Positions 1 to 8,364 of a stretch of DNA of 64,000 nt are shown piece by piece. The position numbers and the translations under genes were made by a program. This DNA comes from Candidatus Gallimonas merdae (lineage in GTDB: Bacteria > Bacillota > Clostridia > Christensenellales > Borkfalkiaceae). Position 1 is the first letter of the stretch. Each line of letters starts with the position of its first letter. The notes beneath the pieces are model-generated. The model did no database searches and was not told where the DNA came from. It was given only the letters and a program-made list of their open reading frames with translations. The DNA is taken from NCBI GenBank assembly GCA_904419525.1, contig CAJFRT010000007.1:3250-67249 (forward strand). The letters are read 5' to 3'.

Positions 1-348
1 GGAGACCCCAAGGGCGTCGGAACGGGCGGCCCCGGCTATCATATCAAGGGAGAATTTGCTTCCAACGGCGTCAGGAATGATTTGAAACATACGCGCGGCG
101 TGCTCTCTATGGCGCGTGCACAGCATCCCGATTCCGCGGGTTCGCAGTTTTTTATCATGCATGCCGATGCGGACTATCTTGACGGGCAGTACGCCGCCTT
201 CGGAAAGGTCATCGAGGGAATGGACGTCGTGGACGCCATTGCGACGACGCCGACCGATTTCCGCGATAAGCCCCTCAAAGAGCAGAAGATGAAAAAGGTG
301 ACTGCGGAGACGTTCGGCGCAAGCTATCCTGAGCCTGAAAAAGTTTAA
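1..348 (+). CDS. ppiB: Peptidyl-prolyl cis-trans isomerase, cyclophilin type (5' end cut by window edge)
   Basis: Frame 1 open from nt 1 ([19 protein letters not shown]...). [17 protein letters not shown] and [12 protein letters not shown] are classic cyclophilin motifs. Stop TAA 346-348. Confidence 0.9.
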   Translation, partial: GDPKGVGTGGPGYHIKGEFASNGVRNDLKHTRGVLSMARAQHPDSAGSQFFIMHADADYLDGQYAAFGKVIEGMDVVDAIATTPTDFRDKPLKEQKMKKVTAETFGASYPEPEKV

Positions 349-377
349 CAAAGTATTATGTCAGACATAATACTCGT
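349..377. repeat. AT-rich palindrome family, copy 1 (CAAAGTATTATGTC-A-GACATAATACTCGT)
   Basis: Starts on the base after the ppiB stop, 63 nt upstream of the purB ATG. Arms pair 11 of 12 innermost positions. Flanks extend the symmetry (GTTTAAC / GTAAAAT). Confidence 0.85.
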
Positions 378-439
378 AAAATGACCTTGATTTGACTAAA
401 TTCTGAATTTTTGACGTGATAAAAGATAAGGATACCAAC

Positions 440-1876
440 ATGATTGACAATACGATTTATCAGAATCCCCTGAATACACGGTATGCGAGCCGCGAGATGC
501 AGGAAAATTTCGGTGACGAGAAGCGTTTCCGCCTCTGGAGAAAGCTTTGGATCGCGCTTGCCGAGTCGGAAATGGAACTCGGACTTCCCGTTTCACAGGC
601 ACAGATCGATGAAATGAAGGCGCATGCCGAAGACATCGACTATGAGCGTGCGGAAAAGTACGAGCGTGAGGTGCGCCATGACGTCATGGCGCATGTCAAG
701 ACGTTCGGCGACGCCGCTCCCTCGGCAGCACCCATCATTCACCTTGGGGCAACCAGCTGTTTCGTGGACTGCAATTCCGAGCTGATTATCATGAAGGACG
801 GGCTGGATATCATCCTTAAAAAGCTCGTCAACGTCATGGACAAGCTCAAAACGTTCGCCCTGAAATATAAGGATATGCCTACGCTCGGATTCACGCATCT
901 TCAGCCCGCGCAGCTGACAACCGTCGGCAAGCGCGCAACGCTGTGGCTGCAGGATCTCATGCTGGATTACGAAGATCTTGTCAATCTTATGGATCACTTC
1001 CGGCTGCGCGGCGTGAAGGGAACGACCGGAACGCAGGCAAGCTTTCTCGATCTCTTTGACGGGGACGAGGAAAAGGTCAGGGAGCTTGAAAGGCGTGTCG
1101 TTGCGAAAATGGGCTATGAAAAAGTCTATGGCGTGACGGGGCAGACCTATCCCCGGAAATTTGATTATAATGTCCTTTGTGTTCTCTCGCAGATCGCGCA
1201 GTCCGCTTATAAGTTCTCCAACGATATCCGGATCCTGCAGAACATGAAAGAGGTCGAAGAGCCCTTTGAAAAGTCGCAGATCGGTTCTTCGGCAATGGCC
1301 TACAAGCGCAATCCCATGCGCTGCGAACGCATGGGGTCGCTGGCGCGGTACATGCTCTCGCTTCCGATGAACAGTGCGGTCACTGCTTCCACGCAGTGGT
1401 TCGAGCGTACGCTCGACGATTCGGCCAACCGCAGGATCGTCAATGCACAGGCATTCCTTACAGTGGACGCCATTCTCAATATCTATATGAATGTCGCGGA
1501 CAATCTCGTCGTCTATGACAAGGTCATCGCAAAACATATCGCGGCGGAACTTCCCTTCATGGCGACGGAGAACATCATGATGGAGTGCGTCAAAGCAGGC
1601 GGAAACAGGCAGGAACTGCATGAAAAGATCCGCGTCCTTTCCATGGAAGCGGGCAAGAACGTCAAGCTCGAAGGGAAAGAGAATAATCTGATCGACCTGA
1701 TCAGAAAAGACGATGATTTCAAAGCCGTGCATGACCGTCTGGACGATATCCTCGATGCAAAGAAGTTTGTCGGGCGGGCGCCGCAGCAGACGGCGGAATT
1801 CATCGCGCGGGAGATCGATCCCATTCTTGCGCGCCATAAGGATCTGCTCGGGCAGAGCGGCGAGGTTCGTGTCTGA
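440..1876 (+). CDS. purB: Adenylosuccinate lyase
   Basis: ORF 416-1876. ATG at 440 gives MIDNTIYQNPLNTRYASREMQ, a typical PurB N-terminus. Fumarate-lyase signature GSSAMAYKRNP present. Confidence 0.93.
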   Translation: MIDNTIYQNPLNTRYASREMQENFGDEKRFRLWRKLWIALAESEMELGLPVSQAQIDEMKAHAEDIDYERAEKYEREVRHDVMAHVKTFGDAAPSAAPIIHLGATSCFVDCNSELIIMKDGLDIILKKLVNVMDKLKTFALKYKDMPTLGFTHLQPAQLTTVGKRATLWLQDLMLDYEDLVNLMDHFRLRGVKGTTGTQASFLDLFDGDEEKVRELERRVVAKMGYEKVYGVTGQTYPRKFDYNVLCVLSQIAQSAYKFSNDIRILQNMKEVEEPFEKSQIGSSAMAYKRNPMRCERMGSLARYMLSLPMNSAVTASTQWFERTLDDSANRRIVNAQAFLTVDAILNIYMNVADNLVVYDKVIAKHIAAELPFMATENIMMECVKAGGNRQELHEKIRVLSMEAGKNVKLEGKENNLIDLIRKDDDFKAVHDRLDDILDAKKFVGRAPQQTAEFIAREIDPILARHKDLLGQSGEVRV

Positions 1877-1976
1877 CAAGTCAATAAATGTCCATAATCT
1901 GACAACAATTTGCTTGTCTTTCCACATAGAATAGAGTATCCTATCCTTGAACAGAAAAGGTTGAAAGGAGGTCGAA

Positions 1977-2987
1977 ATGACAGTTCTTGTAACGGGCGGC
2001 GCGGGCTATATCGGTTCGCATACGGTGGTGGAATTGCTGACGGCGGGCTATGATGTAGTTGTTGTGGATAATCTCTGCAATGCGAATGAGGAAAGCCTGC
2101 GGCGCGTCAGGGAGATCACGGGGAAGGACCTTGTTTTTTATCCCTATGACGTGCGGGACAGAGAAAAGCTTGAGGAAATTTTCTCGGCGCACAAAATCGA
2201 TTGGGTCATTCACTTTGCCGGGCTGAAAGCAGTCGGCGAAAGCGTCCAAAAACCGATCGAATACTACGACAACAACCTGGTCTCCACGCTGGTGCTGCTT
2301 GAAACGATGAAAAAGTTCCAGGTCAGGAACTTCGTGTTCTCTTCTTCGGCGACGGTGTACGGCGAGCCCGAACGTCTGCCGCTCGACGAGGATTGCCGCC
2401 TTTCGACGACCAATCCTTACGGAACGACAAAACTGATGCAGGAGCAGATCCTCAAGGATCTGTATCATGCCGACCACGCCTGGAACATCGCTCTGCTGCG
2501 CTATTTCAACCCTGTCGGGGCGCATCCGTCCGGGCGGATCGGCGAAGATCCGAAGGGGATCCCCAACAACCTGATGCCGTATGTCGCGCAGGTCGCAAGC
2601 GGAAAACTTCAGAAGATCGGCGTGTTCGGCAATGATTATCCCACGCCGGACGGTACGGGCGTGCGGGATTATATCCATGTCGTCGATCTTGCGCGCGGGC
2701 ATGTCGCTGCCATCAAGTCGCTGAAAGAGCCCGGCGTTCACATTTATAATTTGGGGACGGGTAAGGGTTACAGCGTGCTCGATATGATCCATGCCTTTGA
2801 AAAAGCGTGCGGGAAGAAGCTTCCCTATGAGATCAAGCCCCGCCGTGCAGGCGATATCCCCGCGTGCTATGCTTCCAGCGCAAAAGCGGAAAAAGAGCTC
2901 GGCTGGAAAGCGCAGTATGACCTTGAGGATATGTGCCGGGATCAGTGGAACTGGCAGAAAAACAATCCGAACGGCTACGAATCCTGA
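1977..2987 (+). CDS. galE: UDP-glucose 4-epimerase
   Basis: [16 protein letters not shown] Rossmann start and YGTTK catalytic motif, 336 aa. RBS GAAAGGAGG 6 nt upstream. Confidence 0.93.
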   Translation: MTVLVTGGAGYIGSHTVVELLTAGYDVVVVDNLCNANEESLRRVREITGKDLVFYPYDVRDREKLEEIFSAHKIDWVIHFAGLKAVGESVQKPIEYYDNNLVSTLVLLETMKKFQVRNFVFSSSATVYGEPERLPLDEDCRLSTTNPYGTTKLMQEQILKDLYHADHAWNIALLRYFNPVGAHPSGRIGEDPKGIPNNLMPYVAQVASGKLQKIGVFGNDYPTPDGTGVRDYIHVVDLARGHVAAIKSLKEPGVHIYNLGTGKGYSVLDMIHAFEKACGKKLPYEIKPRRAGDIPACYASSAKAEKELGWKAQYDLEDMCRDQWNWQKNNPNGYES

Positions 2988-2993
2988 AAAAAA

Positions 2994-3023
2994 CCGCCCG
3001 CACATGTTTCGCGGGCGGTTTTT
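2994..3023 (+). terminator. Rho-independent terminator after galE
   Basis: CCGCCCGC / GCGGGCGG 8 bp GC stem, 9 nt loop, followed by TTTTT. Confidence 0.85.
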
Positions 3024-3057
3024 ATAATCTGTGTCCGGATCGCGCAAACTTTCCGGT

Positions 3058-3306
3058 ATGGAGTACAAAAAAGTCTGCGTGGAAGTGATAGCGCGTTTTT
3101 CGGAGAAAGGGGGCGTTTTCCCCATGGAGCTCTTCTGGCCGGACGGCAGCAGATTTTCAGTGGATCGCGTGCGCTCTGTGGAACGTGCGCCGGCCCGCGT
3201 CAATGCTGTGCTGCCTGTCCGCTATATCTGCGTGATCCGGGGAAGAGAAAAATTTCTGTATTTTGAACCCGACCACATGCGTTGGTTCGTGGAAGTGAAA
3301 CAATGA
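3058..3306 (+). CDS. Hypothetical small protein (82 aa)
   Basis: ORF 3031-3306 (GTG); first ATG at 3058 (MEYKKVCVEVIARF...). No family recognised. No clear RBS, so the start is uncertain. Confidence 0.45.
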   Translation: MEYKKVCVEVIARFSEKGGVFPMELFWPDGSRFSVDRVRSVERAPARVNAVLPVRYICVIRGREKFLYFEPDHMRWFVEVKQ

Positions 3307-3321
3307 CCGGGAGGAAGAAAG

Positions 3322-3903
3322 ATGCTCCGTTCGCTCGATGCGGTTCTTGGATTGAAGATCCATGCATTTTTCGGATATATCAAAACATTGCGGTATGGCT
3401 ATCGTGACACGGACGGGCGTATCCATGTCATGAATGTGTCGGATGATTATGGCGGGGAGAAAGAACGGTTTCCGTATGCCTTCTCATCGCCGGAAGAGGT
3501 CGTGAAAGACAATTGCGGCTGGTGTTGGGATGTCGCCAATCTGATCCTCGTTTATTGTCGGTTTCATAGACTCGACTGTAAGAGTTATTTCATGGAATAC
3601 CGCACGGAAACGTTTCATCAGACGCATACGCAGGTCTTTGTCCGTTATGATCACCTGTGGTACGAAGCCCCGGACAATTCTTCGCCGGCAACGTTCGGCA
3701 GCGTCGGCTTTCCCGATCTGCGGGAATGCGTCCAAGCCTTCGTCGGACCATTTGTCAGTTATCTGAAGAGCGTTCTGCAGGAAAATTATGCAGAGGAAAA
3801 TTTCCTGCTCAGAGAATTTTCATGTGAGATCGGGCGGGGCATTTCGAACGACGAATATCTTGCCCTTGTGCGCGGAGAGAAAGAAACGGAGCAAAAGAGC
3901 TGA
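3322..3903 (+). CDS. Hypothetical protein, possible transglutaminase-like/papain-fold cysteine peptidase
   Basis: RBS GGGAGGAAG upstream. Ordered Cys (NCGWCWDVANL), His (HTQVFVRY), Asp (YEAPDN) resembles a transglutaminase-like catalytic triad. The assignment is inferred. Confidence 0.5.
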   Translation: MLRSLDAVLGLKIHAFFGYIKTLRYGYRDTDGRIHVMNVSDDYGGEKERFPYAFSSPEEVVKDNCGWCWDVANLILVYCRFHRLDCKSYFMEYRTETFHQTHTQVFVRYDHLWYEAPDNSSPATFGSVGFPDLRECVQAFVGPFVSYLKSVLQENYAEENFLLREFSCEIGRGISNDEYLALVRGEKETEQKS

Positions 3904-3935
3904 CGGGGGCGTCTTGCAGGAACTGAATGAAAATG

Positions 3936-3970
3936 AAAACCCCTGAGTCTGAAACAGGCACAGGGGTTTT
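3936..3970. terminator. Bidirectional terminator hairpin between the hypothetical gene (+) and tRNA-Leu (-)
   Basis: CCCCTG ... CAGGGG stem flanked by AAAA and TTTT. Confidence 0.6.
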
Positions 3971-4054
3971 GGTGCGGTCGACAGGAATTGAACCTGCATG
4001 GTGTGAACCACAAGATCCTTAGTCTTGCGCGTCTGCCAGTTCCGCCACGACCGC
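3970..4054 (-). tRNA. tRNA-Leu, anticodon read as AAG (type II, long variable arm, CCA encoded)
   Basis: Reverse complement GCGGTCG-TG-GCG..CGC-G-CAAGA-CTAAGGA-TCTTG-variable arm-GCAGGTTCAATTCCTGT-CGACCGC-ACCA. 7 bp acceptor stem. Anticodon loop C-U-AAG-G-A. Confidence 0.85.
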
Positions 4055-4074
4055 ATCTTCGCGACAGCTTTGTT

Positions 4075-4103
4075 ATTGTACCGCAATCCAAAGGAAAAGT
4101 CAA
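4075..4103 (-). promoter_or_regulatory. Sigma-70-type promoter for tRNA-Leu(AAG)
   Basis: Minus strand TTGACT, 17 nt spacer, TACAAT, 20 nt before the mature tRNA 5' end. Confidence 0.6.
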
Positions 4104-4106
4104 GTT

Positions 4107-4634
4107 TTATCCGTAGAAAATTTCATAAATTTTCCGAAAATCGGAAACTTTTTTTGCATATGTCCGCGTTTCGGGATAGGGGATCTCGGAAAGGATGTTT
4201 CCGTCGGCGGAATATGTTTGATCTGCAAGCCAGCGGCGCACGGTGCCTTCGCCTGCGTTGTAGGCGCAGATCGCCGCCCTTTCGTCGGGAAACCGTTCCA
4301 GCAGATAGGCAAGGTACATGCAGCCAATCGTTACATTATAATTCCCTTCCAGCAGTTTTTCTGCATGGAACTCCATTCCCTGTCTGCGGCAGATATATTC
4401 TGCGGTCGAGGGCCTGATCTGCATGATCCCGACGGCTCCTGCGCGGCTGACGGCAGTTTCATCGAAATTACTCTCTGCTTTCATGACCGCATAGGCAAGC
4501 GAAGGAGGAATGCCGCTTGCGCGTACCGTTTCCGCATAGGGGCGCGGATAGGAGGCGCGCAGCGCAACAGCAAGGCCGCATATCAAAATAAACGCTGCGC
4601 AGACGGCAGCGATGATCCTGCAAGGTGTCTTCAC
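4107..4634 (-). CDS. Lytic transglycosylase (SLT domain), membrane anchored
   Basis: N-terminal TM helix. AESNFDETAVSRAGAVGIMQI catalytic-Glu motif and YNAG motif. GTG start, no obvious RBS. Confidence 0.85.
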   Translation of the reverse strand: MKTPCRIIAAVCAAFILICGLAVALRASYPRPYAETVRASGIPPSLAYAVMKAESNFDETAVSRAGAVGIMQIRPSTAEYICRRQGMEFHAEKLLEGNYNVTIGCMYLAYLLERFPDERAAICAYNAGEGTVRRWLADQTYSADGNILSEIPYPETRTYAKKVSDFRKIYEIFYG

Positions 4635-4680
4635 TTCTAATAGAGTATGTGCAGGATGGGCGCAACTTTCCGCGCAGCGG

Positions 4681-5262
4681 TCATTCTGATCTGATGGCTT
4701 GCAGAATCAGCTCCGCTTTTTGCTTCAGGGCCGCTCTGTCGCCGTCGTTTTCAACGATCAGGCATTGTTTTTCTTCCAGCTTGTCCGGATCGAACTGTCG
4801 CTGTATCCGGGCGAGCGCATCTGTTCGTGTCAGGCCGTCCCGTTTGCTGACGGCCGAAATGCGTGTCTCTTTGTCCCGCCGCAAGGCGATGACGGCGTCG
4901 AACAGTTTTTCATAGCCGCCCTCGAACAGGAGGGGGACCTCTGCAAAGACGGTGGTCGGGAACCTGTTCATGCGTCCGATCAGCTCCTGCATGATGCGAG
5001 GCTGCGAAAGTGCGTTCAGACGCGCGCGCGCCCGCTCATCGGAAAAGACTTTGCGGGAAAGTTTTGTTTTGTCAGGCAGACCGTCCGTCAGACAGTCCGG
5101 AAACAGGCCTGCAAGCTCGGATAAATAGGAGGGGTCTTTCCAGAGTTCCCGGTTGATCTCATCGCAGGAAAATACGGGGTATCCCATTTCGCGGAGAATG
5201 CCGCAGAATTCCGATTTTCCGCTGCCAAGTCCGCCGGTTACAGCGATTTTATTTGGCGTCAT
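4681..5262 (-). CDS. coaE: Dephospho-CoA kinase
   Basis: IAVTGGLGSGKSEF P-loop, 193 aa. Conserved polA-coaE order; overlaps the polA stop by 14 nt. Confidence 0.9.
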   Translation of the reverse strand: MTPNKIAVTGGLGSGKSEFCGILREMGYPVFSCDEINRELWKDPSYLSELAGLFPDCLTDGLPDKTKLSRKVFSDERARARLNALSQPRIMQELIGRMNRFPTTVFAEVPLLFEGGYEKLFDAVIALRRDKETRISAVSKRDGLTRTDALARIQRQFDPDKLEEKQCLIVENDGDRAALKQKAELILQAIRSE

Positions 5263-7789
5263 ACCAGCTCTTTCCGGTGGAGACTTCTGCGATCAGCGGA
5301 ACTTTGAGCGCGAGAGCTCCCTCCATTTCCTCCTTGAGTACTTTGATCGCTGCCTCCGTTTCCTCCTCCGGCGTATCGAGAATGAGTTCGTCGTGTACCT
5401 GCAGAACAAGTTGTGACGCCATTTTTTCACGTTTCAGGCGTTCGGCGACGCGGAGCATCGCGATTTTGATGATATCGGCGGCGCTTCCCTGTAAGGGCAT
5501 GTTCATGGCCGCACGCTCTCCGAACGTGCGCTGATTGTAGTTTCCGGATTTGAGTTCGGGAATAAAGCGTTTTCGGCCGAGAATGGTCGTAACAAAGCCG
5601 TTTTCCTTCGCTTTTCGGACATTTTCGTCCATGTACGCTTTGACTTCCGGATGCGTTGCGAAATATGCGGAGATATATGCCTGCGCTTCTTCGGTGCTGC
5701 AATTCAGGTCTTTTGCAAGGCCGAATGCGCTCATGCCGTAAATGATGCCGAAATTGATGGTTTTGGCACGGCGCCGCAGATCGGGGGAGACTTCTCCGTG
5801 GGGCAGATGGAAGATCTTTTCCGCGGTCGCCGCATGAATGTCCTGCCCGGTGCGATAGGCCTCTACCAGCACCTTGCACTCCGAAAAATGAGCCAGGAGT
5901 CTCAGTTCGATCTGCGAATAATCTGCATCGACAAAGACGTTCCCTTCGCGCGCAATGAACAGCTTTCTGAGTTCTCTTCCCATTTCTGTCCGGACGGGAA
6001 TATTCTGCAGATTGGGATTCGCGCTTGAAAGCCGTCCCGTTGACGTCATCGTCTGGTAATAGGTCGTGTGAATGATTCCGCCTGCCGCAAGAGGACGGAT
6101 CCCGTCCACATAGGTGGACTGCAGTTTCTGCACTTCGCGGTATTTGAGGATCAGACGGGCGATCTCGTGTTCTTCGGCAAGTTTTTCAAGCACTTCAGCG
6201 CTTGTGGAATAGCCGCCGCGGATATTTTTTTTGATCCCGCGCGCACTGTAACCGAGTTTTTCAAACAGGATCTCCGAGAGCTGGAAAGGAGAGTTGAGGT
6301 TGAAGGAAGAGACGCCCGCCAGTTTGAATATCTTTTTGGAGAGCGCGTCCATTTCACCCTTGAAACGGTCGGAAAAGACGGGAAATTTGCTCATGTCCAC
6401 CCGCACGCCCGTGCGCTCCATATCGAGAAGGACATAGGAAAGGGGGAGTTCCAGTTCCCGGTAAAGTTTCTTTTCCACCTCACCTTCGCGTTCGGCCGCT
6501 TCCCGGTAAGCGAGGAAGAGCGCAAAGGCGCAGTCTTCTGCGGGAAGGGAGAAGTCCTTGGCAAGTTCTTTGGCGCCCGACGGTCGGAGATTGGAATCGG
6601 AGAGATAGCGCAGAAGGGAGATGTCCTCCGCATCGCATGAAAGCGGAACGCCTACGCCGTCCAGAAAGTGGGCGGTCGCCTTGATGTCGGTCAGGATCGC
6701 CTTTTTCCCCTCTGAAAAAAGAGCCTGCAAAAGGGGCCGGAGTTCGGGGAGAAAGAAGCCCGGAACAAGAAAGTTGTCGCGCAGGCGGAACAGATATTCG
6801 GATTTTCCGTCTGAAACGTGGACGCCCTCTTCCTCGACGCTGAACGAGAACGTTTTCAGCTGCGAAAATTGCGTTGTCAGCGCGCCGAGGTCTGATTCCT
6901 TACAGTCATAAAACTCCACATGCGTTTTCTGCCTCTCCGGAAAGTAATTGCTTTCCACAAGGGAGCGGAATTCAAGTTTCGCAAAGGCCTCGCGCGCTTT
7001 TTCGGAAAACGGGATACGGATCTCACATTCATCGAGGGAAAGCTCGACGGGGACGTCCGTGACAATGGTCGCGAGTTTGCGTGAAAGGTAGGCGTCGTTG
7101 CGGGATTCACGGAGTTTTTTCTGGACAGAAGCCTGGATCTCATCGAGATGCGCATATACGCCGTCGAGCGTCTTGTATTGCTGCAACAGTGCCAGGGCGC
7201 CCTTGGGGCCGATCCCTCGCACGCCGGGAATATTGTCGGACGAATCACCCATCAGAGCCTTGAGTTCGATGACCTGAGCAGGGGTGATCCCTTCTTTTTC
7301 GTAAAAATTCGCCTGTGTCAGACGTTCCAGGTCGCTTACGCCGCGCTTTGTCATGCAGACGCTCACGTGTTCATTGATCAGCTGGTAGCTGTCTCTGTCG
7401 CCCGTATAGATCAGCGTTTCCGTTTCGGGGAATCTGTTGGCGATGGTTCCGATCAGGTCGTCCGCTTCAAATCCGGCTTTTTCAAGAATACGGATGTCCA
7501 TGGAGGAGAGCAGATCTTTGAGGACGGGGACCTGGACGACAAGATCTTCCGGCATAGGCTTTCTTGTTGCCTTGTAGCCGGAATACATCTTATGGCGGAA
7601 TGTGGGAGCATGTACGTCGAACGTCACAACAAGGTAACGGGGATTTTCGTCTTCGATGATTTTGAAAAGAAGTTTGATAAATCCGAAAATACCGTTGGTC
7701 GGAAGCCCGTCTTTTGTGGAAAAGACGCTCATCGCATAGTAAGCGCGATTCAGGAGACTGTTGCCGTCAATGAGAATGAGTTTGTCCAT
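5249..7789 (-). CDS. polA: DNA polymerase I
   Basis: MDKLILIDGNSLLNRAYYA 5'-nuclease N-terminus. Pol A motifs DYSQIELR, RRRAKTINFGIIYG, QVHDEL. Start taken at the 10th codon of ORF 5249-7816. Confidence 0.95.
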   Translation of the reverse strand: MDKLILIDGNSLLNRAYYAMSVFSTKDGLPTNGIFGFIKLLFKIIEDENPRYLVVTFDVHAPTFRHKMYSGYKATRKPMPEDLVVQVPVLKDLLSSMDIRILEKAGFEADDLIGTIANRFPETETLIYTGDRDSYQLINEHVSVCMTKRGVSDLERLTQANFYEKEGITPAQVIELKALMGDSSDNIPGVRGIGPKGALALLQQYKTLDGVYAHLDEIQASVQKKLRESRNDAYLSRKLATIVTDVPVELSLDECEIRIPFSEKAREAFAKLEFRSLVESNYFPERQKTHVEFYDCKESDLGALTTQFSQLKTFSFSVEEEGVHVSDGKSEYLFRLRDNFLVPGFFLPELRPLLQALFSEGKKAILTDIKATAHFLDGVGVPLSCDAEDISLLRYLSDSNLRPSGAKELAKDFSLPAEDCAFALFLAYREAAEREGEVEKKLYRELELPLSYVLLDMERTGVRVDMSKFPVFSDRFKGEMDALSKKIFKLAGVSSFNLNSPFQLSEILFEKLGYSARGIKKNIRGGYSTSAEVLEKLAEEHEIARLILKYREVQKLQSTYVDGIRPLAAGGIIHTTYYQTMTSTGRLSSANPNLQNIPVRTEMGRELRKLFIAREGNVFVDADYSQIELRLLAHFSECKVLVEAYRTGQDIHAATAEKIFHLPHGEVSPDLRRRAKTINFGIIYGMSAFGLAKDLNCSTEEAQAYISAYFATHPEVKAYMDENVRKAKENGFVTTILGRKRFIPELKSGNYNQRTFGERAAMNMPLQGSAADIIKIAMLRVAERLKREKMASQLVLQVHDELILDTPEEETEAAIKVLKEEMEGALALKVPLIAEVSTGKSWYDAK

Positions 7790-7842
7790 GCAGCTATTGT
7801 AGCATGCTTTGCGCATTTTTGCAAGAAAAACAAAAAAATCAC

Positions 7843-7871
7843 TTGCTTTTTCTGAAAAACTATACTATAAT
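7843..7871 (+). promoter_or_regulatory. Sigma-70-type promoter for tRNA-Leu(CAA)
   Basis: TTGCTT, 17 nt spacer, TATAAT, 13 nt before the tRNA 5' end. Confidence 0.6.
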
Positions 7872-7884
7872 TTTAACACTTGAC

Positions 7885-7971
7885 GCCGTCGTGGTGAAAC
7901 TGGCAGACGCAACAGACTCAAAATCTGTCGGGGGCAACCCCGTATCGGTTCGATTCCGATCGACGGCACCA
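7885..7971 (+). tRNA. tRNA-Leu(CAA) (type II, CCA encoded)
   Basis: GCCGTCG acceptor stem pairs with CGACGGC. Anticodon arm ACAGA-CTCAAAA-TCTGT. T arm ATCGGTTCGATTCCGAT. Ends in ACCA. Confidence 0.92.
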
Positions 7972-7976
7972 AAAAA

Positions 7977-8006
7977 CCGCAGGAGCTTTTGCTCCTGCGG
8001 TTTTTT
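7977..8006 (+). terminator. Rho-independent terminator after tRNA-Leu(CAA)
   Basis: CCGCAGGAGC-TTTT-GCTCCTGCGG 10 bp stem followed by TTTTTT. Confidence 0.9.
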
Positions 8007-8274
8007 GTGTGTTGCGGCGGAATCGAAAATTCAATCGATTCCGTGCGAGGCATCGGCGAAGAGCGGGGCATGCAAGTGACGGGAATAATTTCCGATGCCG
8101 AAGCTCCCGCACAGAGTGCGGGCTCGACGGCACCGCGGTTTTTTGTGTGTTGCGGCGGAATCGAAAATTCAATCGATTCCGTGCGAGGCATCGGCGAAGA
8201 GCGTGGCATGCAAGTGACGGGAATAATTTCCGATGCCGAAGCTCCCGCACAGAGTGCGGGCTCGACGGCACCGC
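7997..8274. repeat. Tandem direct repeat, 2 x 138 bp (one mismatch, G8066 vs T8204)
   Basis: Units 7997-8134 and 8135-8272. Each has hairpins GGAATCGA/TCGATTCC, GGCATCGG/CCGATGCC and CCCGCAC/GTGCGGG. Each ends in TCGACGGCACC, identical to the tRNA-Leu(CAA) 3' acceptor strand. Confidence 0.95.
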
Positions 8275-8332
8275 ATGGACACTTTTTTAGCGTTATATTC
8301 CGTACTTGATAAATTTTTAGACCAAATCGAGC

Positions 8333-8360
8333 AAAAAACACCCTTTGAAGGGTGTTTTTT
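8333..8360 (-). terminator. Rho-independent terminator after the GH43 gene (hairpin could work on either strand)
   Basis: AAAAA-ACACCCT-TTGA-AGGGTGT-TTTTT, directly after the stop at 8365. Confidence 0.8.
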
Positions 8361-8364
8361 GCTT

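Noticed and set aside
593-1927. Very long ORFs antisense to real genes: 593-1927(-), 9748-12390(-), 17795-20464(-), 21057-22802(-), 23036-24322(-), 39499-40632(+), 45885-47060(+), 46714-48219(+), 56380-57984(+), 58276-59865(+).
   Set aside because: They lie opposite CDSs with unambiguous homology. Their translations are Arg/Pro/Gly-rich low-complexity sequence without recognisable motifs or RBSs. Stop-poor antisense frames are expected in GC-rich coding DNA.
7997-8274. CRISPR array.
   Set aside because: There are only two directly abutting 138 bp units and no spacers. No cas genes occur in the window, and no other short regularly spaced repeats were seen.
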